From Promethearchaeati archaeon (GTDB taxonomy: Archaea > Asgardarchaeota > Heimdallarchaeia > Heimdallarchaeales > Heimdallarchaeaceae), in NCBI GenBank assembly GCA_013166775.1, contig JABLTJ010000025.1, positions 1-48,766 on the forward strand: a stretch of DNA of 48,766 bases, given 5' to 3'. Shown here one piece after another: positions 39,888 to 48,766 of the stretch. The notes under the pieces are model-generated. The model worked only from the letters and a program-made list of their open reading frames with translations. It made no database searches and had not been told where the DNA came from. The stretch's first letter is position 1. Every line of letters starts with the position of its first letter. The translations under genes and the position numbers were made by a program.

Positions 39888-41117
39888 TTACTTTTTAAGC
39901 AGATATTTTGTCCCTGTTCTAATGAAAAAAGGCCACAGATTATACTTTAATAATAATCTAAAAACTACTCTCTTCTGATTATCTACATCACCGATTTGGG
40001 AGACTATGTTCTTTATCTTTGGTTTGTTGATTAGTAAAAACAATCTTTCTGTTTCTTTGTCTGTTAGTGTATTCAGATACTGACGAACATGTTTCATAAC
40101 AAACAGATTAGTCTTCATCTCTTTCTTCCATTGCTTCTCATATCTTGAAAGAAAATTTGCACTTTGATCATTAGCTGCTATTGAATCAGCAGCAATTTCA
40201 CCAGCAATTCTAGAAGCGACACCTCCCAGAATTACACCCCCACCTGTAGTTGGTTTAGTCTGACCCGCAGCATCCCCGACTACAAGAACATTATCAGTAT
40301 AGGTTCTCTTGATATGAGAACTAAGCGGAATTGCTCCACTTGTTTTTTTCTCTATCTTTGCTTGCTTTAACTTTTCTTTAGCAATTGGATGTTGGAGAAC
40401 AAATTTCTCTAGATACTTTCCAGAAGGAGAATATTGAGAACCAATCCCCACCTTTGCACTTTCATCGTCTATGGGGATAATCCATGCAAAAAAACCTGGT
40501 GCAAATTTTTGTGCTTGATAAATTTCTACAAACTTGGAATCTATATCTTTTATGTTAGACATGACATACATCGAAGCAAAGATGACTCTTTTTCGAGGAG
40601 GAGAAGGTAATTTAACTTGTGCATTTAGTTTTGGAAAACGTCCCTCTGCAAGTATAGCTATTTTGGTTTGTATTATTGCCGATGATGTCCTTTTTCCTGT
40701 TTGTAATTCAAGCCCCTTACTGTTTCTCTTAACACCTAAAACATTAGTAGAAGTTTTAATCTCCACTCCTTTTTCTATCGCTAAGGAACTAATATACTGA
40801 TTGAATCGGACTCGGTCAACTACATAAGCTGTTGTGGAATTTTTACTTACTGTAACTAAATTCCCAGAAGGTGAATAGATACGCGCACCGATAATGTTAT
40901 TGTTCTGAATAATTTCCGAAGGTAAATTTGAAAATTCTATTTTCTCTAATCCTTCTGTACTCAATAGTCCAGCGCAGTGTTCATGGAATCCTATTTTCTC
41001 TTTTGATTCGAATAAAATAACATTAGTACCATGTTCAGCAGCTGATTTAGCCGCAAATAAACCAGCAGGACCCCCTCCAACGACTGCAATATCAGTTACT
41101 TTAGGTTCCACACACAA
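39888..41117 (-). CDS. Geranylgeranyl reductase family FAD oxidoreductase
   Basis: VGGGPAG, HCAG, DR..F, PGFFAWIIP, VGDAAGQTKPTTGGG. Confidence 0.9.
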   Translation of the reverse strand: MCVEPKVTDIAVVGGGPAGLFAAKSAAEHGTNVILFESKEKIGFHEHCAGLLSTEGLEKIEFSNLPSEIIQNNNIIGARIYSPSGNLVTVSKNSTTAYVVDRVRFNQYISSLAIEKGVEIKTSTNVLGVKRNSKGLELQTGKRTSSAIIQTKIAILAEGRFPKLNAQVKLPSPPRKRVIFASMYVMSNIKDIDSKFVEIYQAQKFAPGFFAWIIPIDDESAKVGIGSQYSPSGKYLEKFVLQHPIAKEKLKQAKIEKKTSGAIPLSSHIKRTYTDNVLVVGDAAGQTKPTTGGGVILGGVASRIAGEIAADSIAANDQSANFLSRYEKQWKKEMKTNLFVMKHVRQYLNTLTDKETERLFLLINKPKIKNIVSQIGDVDNQKRVVFRLLLKYNLWPFFIRTGTKYLLKK

Positions 41118-41187
41118 CAGAGATAGAATATATTGAAAAATTGTATGGTTGTTGCGCTAATAGTTAATTTTGATAAATATAGCATAC

Positions 41188-41529
41188 TTATGCAGAATTT
41201 GTTTCAATTTGTAATGGTGTTGATTTTTTCTTTGTTTTGAGATTTTCTTTTTTGACATATTTTTCAAAGTTTTCTAGGGAAAGATCAGTATCATATTGAT
41301 ATTGCATTTCTGATCTTATGACAAAAAGTATTTGTCCACATTCAGAACAATTAATCTCAGTAGTAGAAAAACCCTCATTTATCGAATCAAAAACTGGAAC
41401 AAAGCTTTTACACCGCGAACAATATGCACTGTTTATTTCGAACAACATTATTCTCACCCTTTCTTTCAGGCAAATATTACTTCCTAAATAAAACTTAACT
41501 TTCTTCTTTAAAGGGAACGTAATATGCAT
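41188..41529 (-). CDS. Small zinc-ribbon protein (likely start ATG at 41448)
   Basis: CSRC..CSECG; GGTGA SD before MLFEIN. Confidence 0.6.
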   Translation of the reverse strand: MHITFPLKKKVKFYLGSNICLKERVRIMLFEINSAYCSRCKSFVPVFDSINEGFSTTEINCSECGQILFVIRSEMQYQYDTDLSLENFEKYVKKENLKTKKKSTPLQIETNSA

Positions 41530-41604
41530 ATTATTATCTGGGGGATATTGTTTGTTTATAAACTACTTATAAAGAATCAAGAAAATTATAGCAATAAGAA
41601 AAAA

Positions 41605-42303
41605 TTATTTCTGATATCTAGTTATTTTCGCTAAATATTTCTGCTGTTTTTTCTCCAATCTTTTCATCCTTAGTAAACCCTCAAAATACCAACAAAGAAC
41701 AGTTCTATTAATAAATTTTAGAACTTTCTGGTGAATATTACCTGAATTATCTTCACGGTTAAGTACAATTTGTCTATCTGATGAAAAGAGAACAATTTCC
41801 TCTTTCATATTAGCCCGTTGAAAACTGTAGAATCTGCATTTCTCTTTCGCCCCCTTATCTATTCTAAATCTGTAAGCTTTGGAACCTTCAATTTTGAGAA
41901 AATTAATTATAGCTTCAAGTAGTTCTCCATTTCTCATTTCCTCTATCTGTTTTTCATCGCTAGCAATAGCCTCCAAATCGTCTCCTATTTCTTTTATCTC
42001 TCTAAGCTCTTCGATAAGTTTGTTTTCTATGTGAGCACCTCTATCTTCAAATAATTCCCAGGATCTGCGATAAAGACTATTGACTTTATTTTCAGATTCA
42101 TAATAGTAAATCGATTCAGTTTGAGGGCTATAGGTTACTTTCTGAACTCCCTCGGGGTAAATTTTTTCCTTAACATTAGGAGTAAATACAGTTTCAGTTT
42201 TATTCTCAATATTCTTGATAGCATCCAAATAACCCTCAGTGATATCTATCTGCTCAAAACTAGATTCTTCATTATTCCCTTTGGGCTTTCCTACAGTAGT
42301 CAT
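41605..42303 (-). CDS. Hypothetical protein
   Basis: 232-aa ORF with GAGGT SD; no recognised motif. Confidence 0.6.
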   Translation of the reverse strand: MTTVGKPKGNNEESSFEQIDITEGYLDAIKNIENKTETVFTPNVKEKIYPEGVQKVTYSPQTESIYYYESENKVNSLYRRSWELFEDRGAHIENKLIEELREIKEIGDDLEAIASDEKQIEEMRNGELLEAIINFLKIEGSKAYRFRIDKGAKEKCRFYSFQRANMKEEIVLFSSDRQIVLNREDNSGNIHQKVLKFINRTVLCWYFEGLLRMKRLEKKQQKYLAKITRYQK

Positions 42304-42582
42304 GCTATTACCTCTGATTAGAGATCTCTAGTAGAATAATCAAAGATGGCCTAATAAACACAAATCTTTTCACTATTCTAATGAAAATATCTCCGTTTTA
42401 ATAATAGGGATAAGTATTATCCGCAAAATATCTAAAACTACAGAAATAACTAATTGATAAAAAATAAAGTAAAAAAATAATTTTTAATTTCTCTTTCAAC
42501 TGATTTCTTTATCAATTTATATGAAAATAAAACACAGATTAAATATATAAGTACTTATAGAATATGAGAAATGTGAGAAAAA

Positions 42583-43032
42583 ATGGATTTTATTGAAGAT
42601 TCTATAGAGATAAAAGCAACACCAGAGAGGATTTACAGTTTTTTTGAAAATTGGACAAAAAACTATAAAATCTGGCATCCAGACCATGGAGAAGCAAAAT
42701 GGATTAAAGGGAATCTATCAGAAGTAGACTCAATACTTTACATAGAAGAATATCTTCACGGGGAACTGCATAAAATGAAATTTAGACTAACATACGTAGA
42801 CCCCCCTAATAAATTCGATTACAAAATTCTTTTTCCTATGTCATTAATAATTCCTAAGGGTTCATTTATTATAGATAAAAAAGATGATACTAAAAGTACT
42901 TTTAGAGCAATTATGTATTTCAGGTTAGGAAAGATTCTGAAGAAAGTTACTAGAAAAAAATATGAAGAGCTCAGAAAGCATATGAAAGAGGAAGGAGTTA
43001 ATCTTAAGAAAATATTGGAAGAAACAAGCTAA
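42583..43032 (+). CDS. SRPBCC/START-like family protein
   Basis: SIEIKATPERIY, YKIWHPDH, HMKEEG.NLK..LE. Confidence 0.85.
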   Translation: MDFIEDSIEIKATPERIYSFFENWTKNYKIWHPDHGEAKWIKGNLSEVDSILYIEEYLHGELHKMKFRLTYVDPPNKFDYKILFPMSLIIPKGSFIIDKKDDTKSTFRAIMYFRLGKILKKVTRKKYEELRKHMKEEGVNLKKILEETS

Positions 43033-43150
43033 GAATTATGAAATCAATATCGTATCCTCTGTTCTAACCTCCCTTTTATTTCCTTCAATGCCTGATTGTT
43101 TTCCTTGTCCAAAGGAATTAGATTTCCCTCTTCTTAAATTTCCTCTAAAG

Positions 43151-43648
43151 TCATGTCTTCTTTCTATCTTTTGGTGCATAAAATCTCATTTGGTTTTCTA
43201 TACTTTTTAGGTTTGAGAATGAAATAAACACGATAACACACATTCCTAATAATCCATTAATTGCTGCTAATAAAGGATAAAACCAAACTAGTATGAATGT
43301 GGAAATTATCATCGAGATTATAAAACTAAGTTGAAAAGCACTCCTTGGGATTAAGAATCCTCTGATAAAATGTGTTGTGATTCGGATTGGAATTTGGAAT
43401 CTATAGAGTTGTTTACCTTCTTGTGACAATCTATAGAGAGTAGAGGGGAGTTTTTCTATGAGCCCAGCTTCCTCGAGTTTGTCTAGATGCCATACAGCAG
43501 TACTTGGACTCTTAAGGGAAACTGCTCGTTGAGTTTCCCTAACTCCAATATCTTCTTTAGTTTTGGAGCGTAGGTAGATGAAGAGTTTGAGAGTAGTTGG
43601 GTGTTCAAGGACTCTACTAATCTTGTCTTCTTGTTCTAGAACCATCAA
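43151..43648 (-). CDS. Membrane-tethered wHTH transcription regulator (copy A)
   Basis: VLEHPTTL, IGVRETQRA..KSPS...WHL.KL..AG; two C-terminal TM helices; GGTGA SD. Confidence 0.85.
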   Translation of the reverse strand: MMVLEQEDKISRVLEHPTTLKLFIYLRSKTKEDIGVRETQRAVSLKSPSTAVWHLDKLEEAGLIEKLPSTLYRLSQEGKQLYRFQIPIRITTHFIRGFLIPRSAFQLSFIISMIISTFILVWFYPLLAAINGLLGMCVIVFISFSNLKSIENQMRFYAPKDRKKT

Positions 43649-43660
43649 AATTCACCGAGT

Positions 43661-44413
43661 TTATTGAGATTCGAAGAAATTCTCCAGTAGCTGATTTATA
43701 GCTACAGTGTAATTAGGAAATTGTTCTTCCATATAGCCTAAGTACCATATTTTGTGGAAATTATCATCAACTTTTCCAAACCAATGAGTGTAACCTGAAT
43801 CATATTCAGTAAATCTGTTTAGTTGAATAAAAACCACGTCATCAAAGGATAACAGTCGAATTATTGACCCATCCTGATAGAAATACACAATATCGTATTC
43901 AGTCATATTTTCCTTAACTAAGTTTTGTCTAAGTTCTTGGTAATTTTCAGTAATGTCAGTTAAATTGTCTATAGTTTGAATATCAGAAGATAGAGCAGAA
44001 GGTAGATTAACTAGAATATCGGGATTAATAACATAATAAGTATCATATAGATTGCTACTCCCAACAGCATCATAAACCAGTAACCAATTCTCAGCTTCTA
44101 AATTAAACCAAACATGTACCGTATTCACAGAATAATTGAAGTAAGGGATATCAAAAATACAACCACCATCTTCCAAAGCTCTGCCAACATTAACAGCCAT
44201 AGCATAGAGAAAATCTGAACGACTTAACATCTGATTGGAGAGTTTAACAGGAGAATCAATGTCCCAATCGAAAGAAGGGAGAAGGCCTGTTGCTCCCATA
44301 TTCATAGTAGTGGTTACGAATGAAACACCTAGAATAATTGTAGTTAAACATAGAGCCGTCAGAAAACCAAAAAGAAGATTCTTCTTAACTTGACTTAAAT
44401 GCATAAGTATCAA
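43661..44413 (-). CDS. Single-pass membrane-anchored extracellular protein (copy A)
   Basis: N-terminal KK plus TM; paralog of 47893..48651; 12-bp gap to the wHTH gene. Confidence 0.75.
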   Translation of the reverse strand: MILMHLSQVKKNLLFGFLTALCLTTIILGVSFVTTTMNMGATGLLPSFDWDIDSPVKLSNQMLSRSDFLYAMAVNVGRALEDGGCIFDIPYFNYSVNTVHVWFNLEAENWLLVYDAVGSSNLYDTYYVINPDILVNLPSALSSDIQTIDNLTDITENYQELRQNLVKENMTEYDIVYFYQDGSIIRLLSFDDVVFIQLNRFTEYDSGYTHWFGKVDDNFHKIWYLGYMEEQFPNYTVAINQLLENFFESQ

Positions 44414-44462
44414 AAATAGAATAAGATTTTAGATTAATAAATGTAGTGAGAGAGCATTTTTG

Positions 44463-44504
44463 TTCTAGTGCTAGAACGTCCGTGGCCTAGCGAATCTATA
44501 AAAA
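44463..44504 (+). repeat. 42-bp promoter repeat copy 1 (palindrome plus BRE/TATA)
   Basis: 36/42 identical to 45025..45066; GTTCTAG-TG-CTAGAAC at 44462-44477. Confidence 0.85.
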
Positions 44505-44546
44505 CAAGAATACAAATATTGTACGATAAGGTGTTGAGAATCTGAT

Positions 44547-44906
44547 ATGACAAAGGAAAAAGAGGATAGAAAAATCGGTTTTTACAGTCGTTATCATGCA
44601 AAAATCTTTATTTTCTTAGGGATCTCTGTTATAGTCTTAATTCTTATTTCAATTACATTTATCGTAAGAACAATTTTTACTGGTCCAGTAAAAGTACCAA
44701 CATTGAGATTCAACATTGCTGGAGGATTTCTTGCATTTTTATCTCTTCTTCATGCAATTTTCACAGTCGTTATCTACAGAAGTCGAGATAAAGAAGCTCC
44801 TTATCGGATACTATTGATACTGACTCTGATATTTGATATATTATTAATAATAGGTGGTATAGCAGCAACTACAGTATATATAGGAATATACCCCTCCCTG
44901 AGTTAG
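44547..44906 (+). CDS. Small 3-TM membrane protein
   Basis: Three hydrophobic helices; AGGTG SD-like sequence. Confidence 0.75.
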   Translation: MTKEKEDRKIGFYSRYHAKIFIFLGISVIVLILISITFIVRTIFTGPVKVPTLRFNIAGGFLAFLSLLHAIFTVVIYRSRDKEAPYRILLILTLIFDILLIIGGIAATTVYIGIYPSLS

Positions 44907-45024
44907 AAGAATTGATAAATTCCTAACAATAGTTCAAGTTTGGAAGATTTTTTGAGAGAACTCAAAGACCAAAGAAAAAATAGTCTAAATATTGATGATT
45001 TTCAATCCTTCTTGAATTCGTTTT

Positions 45025-45066
45025 TTCTAGTACTAGAACGTCCGTAGCTGTGCAAATCTATAAAAA
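45025..45066 (+). repeat. 42-bp promoter repeat copy 2
   Basis: Perfect palindrome TTCTAGTACTAGAA (45025-45038), then CTATAAAAA TATA box. Confidence 0.85.
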
Positions 45067-45481
45067 TGGAGAAACTAGTATTCACTGTATGAAAAGATTA
45101 CATGTGATGAAATTCCATGAGAAGAAATCAAGCAACATTGAAGGAAGATTTGAAAAAGAACAAATCCAAAATTTTTTCAGAAGTAAGAAAACCTATACAA
45201 CTTTGTTTGTATTTGGTCAATTTTGGGTTGCTGTAATTTCAATTCTAAGTAATCAATTGGTTCGTATTAATTTCGATTTGCCTTTTTGTGGAGCGATTCT
45301 ACCACTTGTTAGAGCAATTTATGTGATCTTCTTCATAACACAAGGATTCAACTTTGTCTATATATTTTATCTACGTTTTAAAAATGAGATCAACACTTTG
45401 ACTGCCACTCTAACTCCTACATCAAATTTTATCATTTCAGGATTGATTTTCTCTTTTAGCTTCATCATCCCTATGTGCTGA
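45050..45481 (+). CDS. Small 3-TM membrane protein (true start likely downstream, ATG ~45089-45107)
   Basis: Three hydrophobic segments; the annotated GTG lies upstream of the TATA box. Confidence 0.6.
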   Translation: MQIYKNGETSIHCMKRLHVMKFHEKKSSNIEGRFEKEQIQNFFRSKKTYTTLFVFGQFWVAVISILSNQLVRINFDLPFCGAILPLVRAIYVIFFITQGFNFVYIFYLRFKNEINTLTATLTPTSNFIISGLIFSFSFIIPMC

Positions 45482-45673
45482 TAAAAAACAGTTACGCAAA
45501 TCGATAAACTTCCCAACGTATTTCTCCCTATGTTTTCCCACATTGATCCATCTGTAGATATATTGAATAGGACGAAAAATGTAAACAAACCAAGATATGA
45601 AGTTAAAGATTTTAACTGTTGTTGAAAAAGTGATTATTTCTGCTATTTTTGAATTTTTCTCTTCATAGATTCA

Positions 45674-46339
45674 TTAATTGGTTATTGTTTTTCTCCTTTT
45701 GTATACATTAATCAGGAATGATAATAAGAAAATGAAAACGAGTGGGGATGTGAGTAAGAAGTTTGTATCATCAGTAGTTTGATCAGGAGTTTGAGTGTCA
45801 GAGCTTACCTCTTCAGTACGATTATAGTAAAAACTGTGATAAATTATTTTTATAATCCCAGAATTTACAATAATAATGGTTGGAAATTGCTCTCCTGAGA
45901 TAGGTCGACAGAGAGTATAGTTGCCATCTGGAAGCTGAGATAAACCTTTTTGATTAATATAAAATTGCACAACTTCATATTCAACAGTGATGCCAGGCGG
46001 ATAGGAATAGATCTTAGACATATCAAGGCACCATATCCATTGTTCAAGTTCTAATAATTGATCTACAAATACTGCACTAATCAAAACTTTAGGATAACAA
46101 TCTACTCCTACAGATACTGTTTGATTTTCCTCAGCCCTATTTAAGATCTCTACTTTGGTTTTGATTCCAAATAAAGTAGAACTAGATTGATAATTTAGAT
46201 CAATTATTGCAATTTCACTGATCTCAGAGATTCTAGAAGCAATAACGGGTTGATTGCCAGTAACTGCTAACACATTAGAAAGAATAAGTAATTGTATTAT
46301 TACTATTAGAATCAAGAATTTTTCCAGTAATTTAAACAT
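45674..46339 (-). CDS. Putative cell-surface protein, paralog of 125..799
   Basis: Signal peptide, S/T/D-rich linker, C-terminal TM plus KRRK. Confidence 0.75.
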   Translation of the reverse strand: MFKLLEKFLILIVIIQLLILSNVLAVTGNQPVIASRISEISEIAIIDLNYQSSSTLFGIKTKVEILNRAEENQTVSVGVDCYPKVLISAVFVDQLLELEQWIWCLDMSKIYSYPPGITVEYEVVQFYINQKGLSQLPDGNYTLCRPISGEQFPTIIIVNSGIIKIIYHSFYYNRTEEVSSDTQTPDQTTDDTNFLLTSPLVFIFLLSFLINVYKRRKTITN

Positions 46340-47315
46340 GAACTTTTCTCTTCCTTTTTGTTTTTTTAGCCACTAAAATTATTATTAAGACTATTAAAGG
46401 CACATGATAATTAAATTCAGGTTTAACAATCTTTTCTGCAATTTTGATTTTCTCTGGTTCAAAAAGATAGGATTCATTAGTGGATTCATTTACAAAATAT
46501 TCCTTAATCATTAATCCAGTTTTCCGCTCATAATATCTTGTTCTAGAAGAAAAAACATGTGTTTCACCTAAATTCTCAATTTTTATACTAGGATATTTTA
46601 CCTCTATAACATCATATTGAGTTGGAGTATCATTGATTGATGTAAAATCAGTGACAATCCCCTTACAAAATCCAGTGTCTATCTCATGTCCTATATCGAC
46701 TTCTGGAGATATAATGTAGGGAACAATTGGTGGAGAGTAGAAAGTCCAGCTCTTATTCAGAAAGAGATTGGTTTCATATCCACCACCTCTCAGATACCAA
46801 ACAGCGTTTGGTAAATAGTCTCTCAAATAAGTTTGTGATCCATTCTTAAACGTGATAACGGCATTGAGTTTATCTGACATGTCCTCAAATTTATTATAGT
46901 CAAGAAGTGATATTGAGATATTATATCTATCACAGGGAAAACCACTATGTTCAGCTATTAATTGAGCAGTATGTAAAGCATAAGTTCCATTTTGCTTCCA
47001 AATTAAACGAGACCAATGATAAAAAGTAGGACAGAGAAAGACATTTTTGTTCGTATATATATTCAGATATGTTTCTTTGAATTGAATAACCTCTTCTCTA
47101 ATATCTTTAAAACGCCAAATATCTTCAATTTCATAAGAAAAATCGGAGTAACTGGAATTTATTTCTATCAAGGGATTAGCATAAAAAATATGTCCTTCAA
47201 CGAAACTACCCTTAGTTACGGATAAAACAGGATTGGAAGAACACGAAGAATTAGGAATTAGTGCTAAGAATAAAGAAAATATGAGAAATAGCACATAAAA
47301 CTTTTTACTTTCCAT
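46332..47315 (-). CDS. Putative cell-surface protein with C-terminal anchor
   Basis: Signal peptide, many N-x-S/T sequons, YERKTGLMI, C-terminal PEF..TM..KKTKRKRK. Confidence 0.75.
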   Translation of the reverse strand: MESKKFYVLFLIFSLFLALIPNSSCSSNPVLSVTKGSFVEGHIFYANPLIEINSSYSDFSYEIEDIWRFKDIREEVIQFKETYLNIYTNKNVFLCPTFYHWSRLIWKQNGTYALHTAQLIAEHSGFPCDRYNISISLLDYNKFEDMSDKLNAVITFKNGSQTYLRDYLPNAVWYLRGGGYETNLFLNKSWTFYSPPIVPYIISPEVDIGHEIDTGFCKGIVTDFTSINDTPTQYDVIEVKYPSIKIENLGETHVFSSRTRYYERKTGLMIKEYFVNESTNESYLFEPEKIKIAEKIVKPEFNYHVPLIVLIIILVAKKTKRKRKVHV

Positions 47316-47388
47316 AAGACCGCTAAACTAAAGTATAAAACACTTATATAAGTTCAGATTTGGAAGAAATGGAAACAGAAGTCAATTT

Positions 47389-47883
47389 TTATTCTTCTAG
47401 AATCATGTCATATGATTGTAATTCCTTTCTCATCTTAATTAATTGAATAATTACAAATACAAGTATCGCAATCAATGAGAATATTCCATTTATTGCCCCT
47501 ATAAGTGGTTTCCACAAAGAAAAAGCAATTGTTAATACTACGCTTATAAATAAAAATGTTGCAAGAAAAGTAATTTTAGGAACAAAGATACCTTTCACCA
47601 ATAGAACAGATATTTTTACTGGAATTCGTATCTGTTGAGTTAAACCAATATCTGTTAGTTGAAACCTATTTGAAGATAATTTCTCGACAAATCCAGCGTT
47701 TTCTAGTTTTTCTAAATGCCATTTAACAATGCTCGGACTTTTGATATTCAAAGCTCGTTGAGTTTCTCTTACACCTATGGTTTCAGAGGATCTGTCATCG
47801 GAATATCGTAAGTAAAGATAAATCCGTAATGTGGTTGGATGCTCAAGCACAGAAGAAATATTCTCCAAATCATCAGTATTCAT
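47389..47883 (-). CDS. Membrane-tethered wHTH transcription regulator (copy B)
   Basis: VLEHPTTL, IGVRETQRAL.IKSPS..WHLEKL; two TMs with AINGI. Confidence 0.85.
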   Translation of the reverse strand: MNTDDLENISSVLEHPTTLRIYLYLRYSDDRSSETIGVRETQRALNIKSPSIVKWHLEKLENAGFVEKLSSNRFQLTDIGLTQQIRIPVKISVLLVKGIFVPKITFLATFLFISVVLTIAFSLWKPLIGAINGIFSLIAILVFVIIQLIKMRKELQSYDMILEE

Positions 47884-47892
47884 AAAATTAAC

Positions 47893-48651
47893 CTAAGGTG
47901 AATTTTGTTTTATTAAATCATTTATAGCATTTGTATGTTGTGGAAAAAAACCAGTGAGATTACCTCTGTAGGTAATTTCAGGAATGCTAGTATCTATATA
48001 CCAACCAGAAGATCCATCAATTGATACATAATAGTCCCTGAAAAGGATAGAATCAAGAATTATTTGCCCATTCTGCAAAAATAGCTGTAAATATGTTCCA
48101 TCATAGAACACGAACTCTATCCTATAAACTAGAAAACCAACCTCTAATTTATCATCAATTCCAGTATGAAAATATTCCCCTGTTACATCTAGCAAATTCT
48201 GAGTTTGAGCTAAATCTTGAGATAAAGCTGAAATAATAATCTGGATTGTGTTTTTATTAATTGTAAAATCAGGTTTTAATCTTGGTTCTGGAACAATGGA
48301 ATCAAGATGAAAATTCCACACATCCTTTCTTTGATTATGCCATAATGAATAAGACTTTCTATTTCCATAGAAAAATGGAAATGGTGTATTCGTCTTAAGA
48401 GAGTACCCAACAGAGGGAGTAATATTAAAAACTCTTACAATGGAAAAAAGAATTTTATCACTTCTCTCTTCTAGTTGTGATGAAAATAAAGTAATATTGT
48501 CGAAATTCCAAACATATGCAGAAGTTTCAAATTCGTATTTCTTATCAACAATGTAATTTCGTAGATAGACTATACTTACAGAAGATCCTCCAATTAATAT
48601 TGCTAATAGAAGTCCATAAATCATCCATTTTCTTGAAAAGGATTTCTTCAT
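47893..48651 (-). CDS. Single-pass membrane-anchored extracellular protein (copy B)
   Basis: N-terminal KK..RK plus TM; shares RSD, SALS.D, NL.D.T..Y, DG and FP..T.AIN.L with 43661..44413; 9-bp gap to the wHTH gene. Confidence 0.75.
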   Translation of the reverse strand: MKKSFSRKWMIYGLLLAILIGGSSVSIVYLRNYIVDKKYEFETSAYVWNFDNITLFSSQLEERSDKILFSIVRVFNITPSVGYSLKTNTPFPFFYGNRKSYSLWHNQRKDVWNFHLDSIVPEPRLKPDFTINKNTIQIIISALSQDLAQTQNLLDVTGEYFHTGIDDKLEVGFLVYRIEFVFYDGTYLQLFLQNGQIILDSILFRDYYVSIDGSSGWYIDTSIPEITYRGNLTGFFPQHTNAINDLIKQNSP

Positions 48652-48766
48652 TTTCTTTCAACATATCTATTTGAATGAGATTATTTAAAGCTAGTACACG
48701 AACATATAGAATACTGTTAGAAGCAAAATCGAACATGAAAGATAGATTATGAAAGATGTTATGGAT

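Noticed and set aside
43040-43150. Coding-like purine-rich fragment on the minus strand (EEGNLIPLDKENNQALKEIKGRLEQRIRY), and a similar + strand fragment at ~44925-45047
   Set aside because: Short, lacking a convincing start or SD, and no recognisable homology; cannot be supported as pseudogenes
44463-45066. The 42-bp repeats as a CRISPR array or IS ends
   Set aside because: Only two copies 562 bp apart, in direct orientation, each containing a TATA box; no cas or transposase gene
47352-47366. GTTCAGATTTGGAAG next to the TATA box of the 46332..47315 gene as another operator
   Set aside because: Half-site spacing is 7 rather than 8 and the inner bases do not match; too weak without a PWM

Overview
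AT-rich archaeal chromosomal window, most likely from an Asgard archaeon (Heimdallarchaeia-like). This is inferred from archaeal core genes occurring together with many eukaryote-signature folds: a Rab-like GTPase, an MglA-like GTPase, two Roadblock/LC7 proteins, three longin-like proteins, a tandem V4R/Bet3-like protein and a stand-alone C2-like protein. Core functions: CDC48, FEN1, PIMT, tRNA modification (Trm5, Trm11-like, ArcS-RaSEA), two tRNA-Lys genes (CUU with a BHB intron, UUU without), isoprenoid/lipid enzymes (GGPP synthase, cis-prenyltransferase, GGR), RibK-RibL, PncB, translin, a GPN GTPase and aEF-1B. The last ~6 kb is accessory and holds the best candidate for an undescribed system. 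It has two paralogous two-gene operons, each encoding a single-pass extracellular protein and a membrane-tethered wHTH-2TM regulator (ToxRS/TcpPH-like architecture). They flank small membrane and surface proteins; the promoters of the two small membrane-protein genes share a 42-bp repeat containing a GTTCTAG-N2-CTAGAAC palindrome. No transposase, integrase, CRISPR array or rRNA was seen. All assignments come from reading motifs by eye; no database searches were run.
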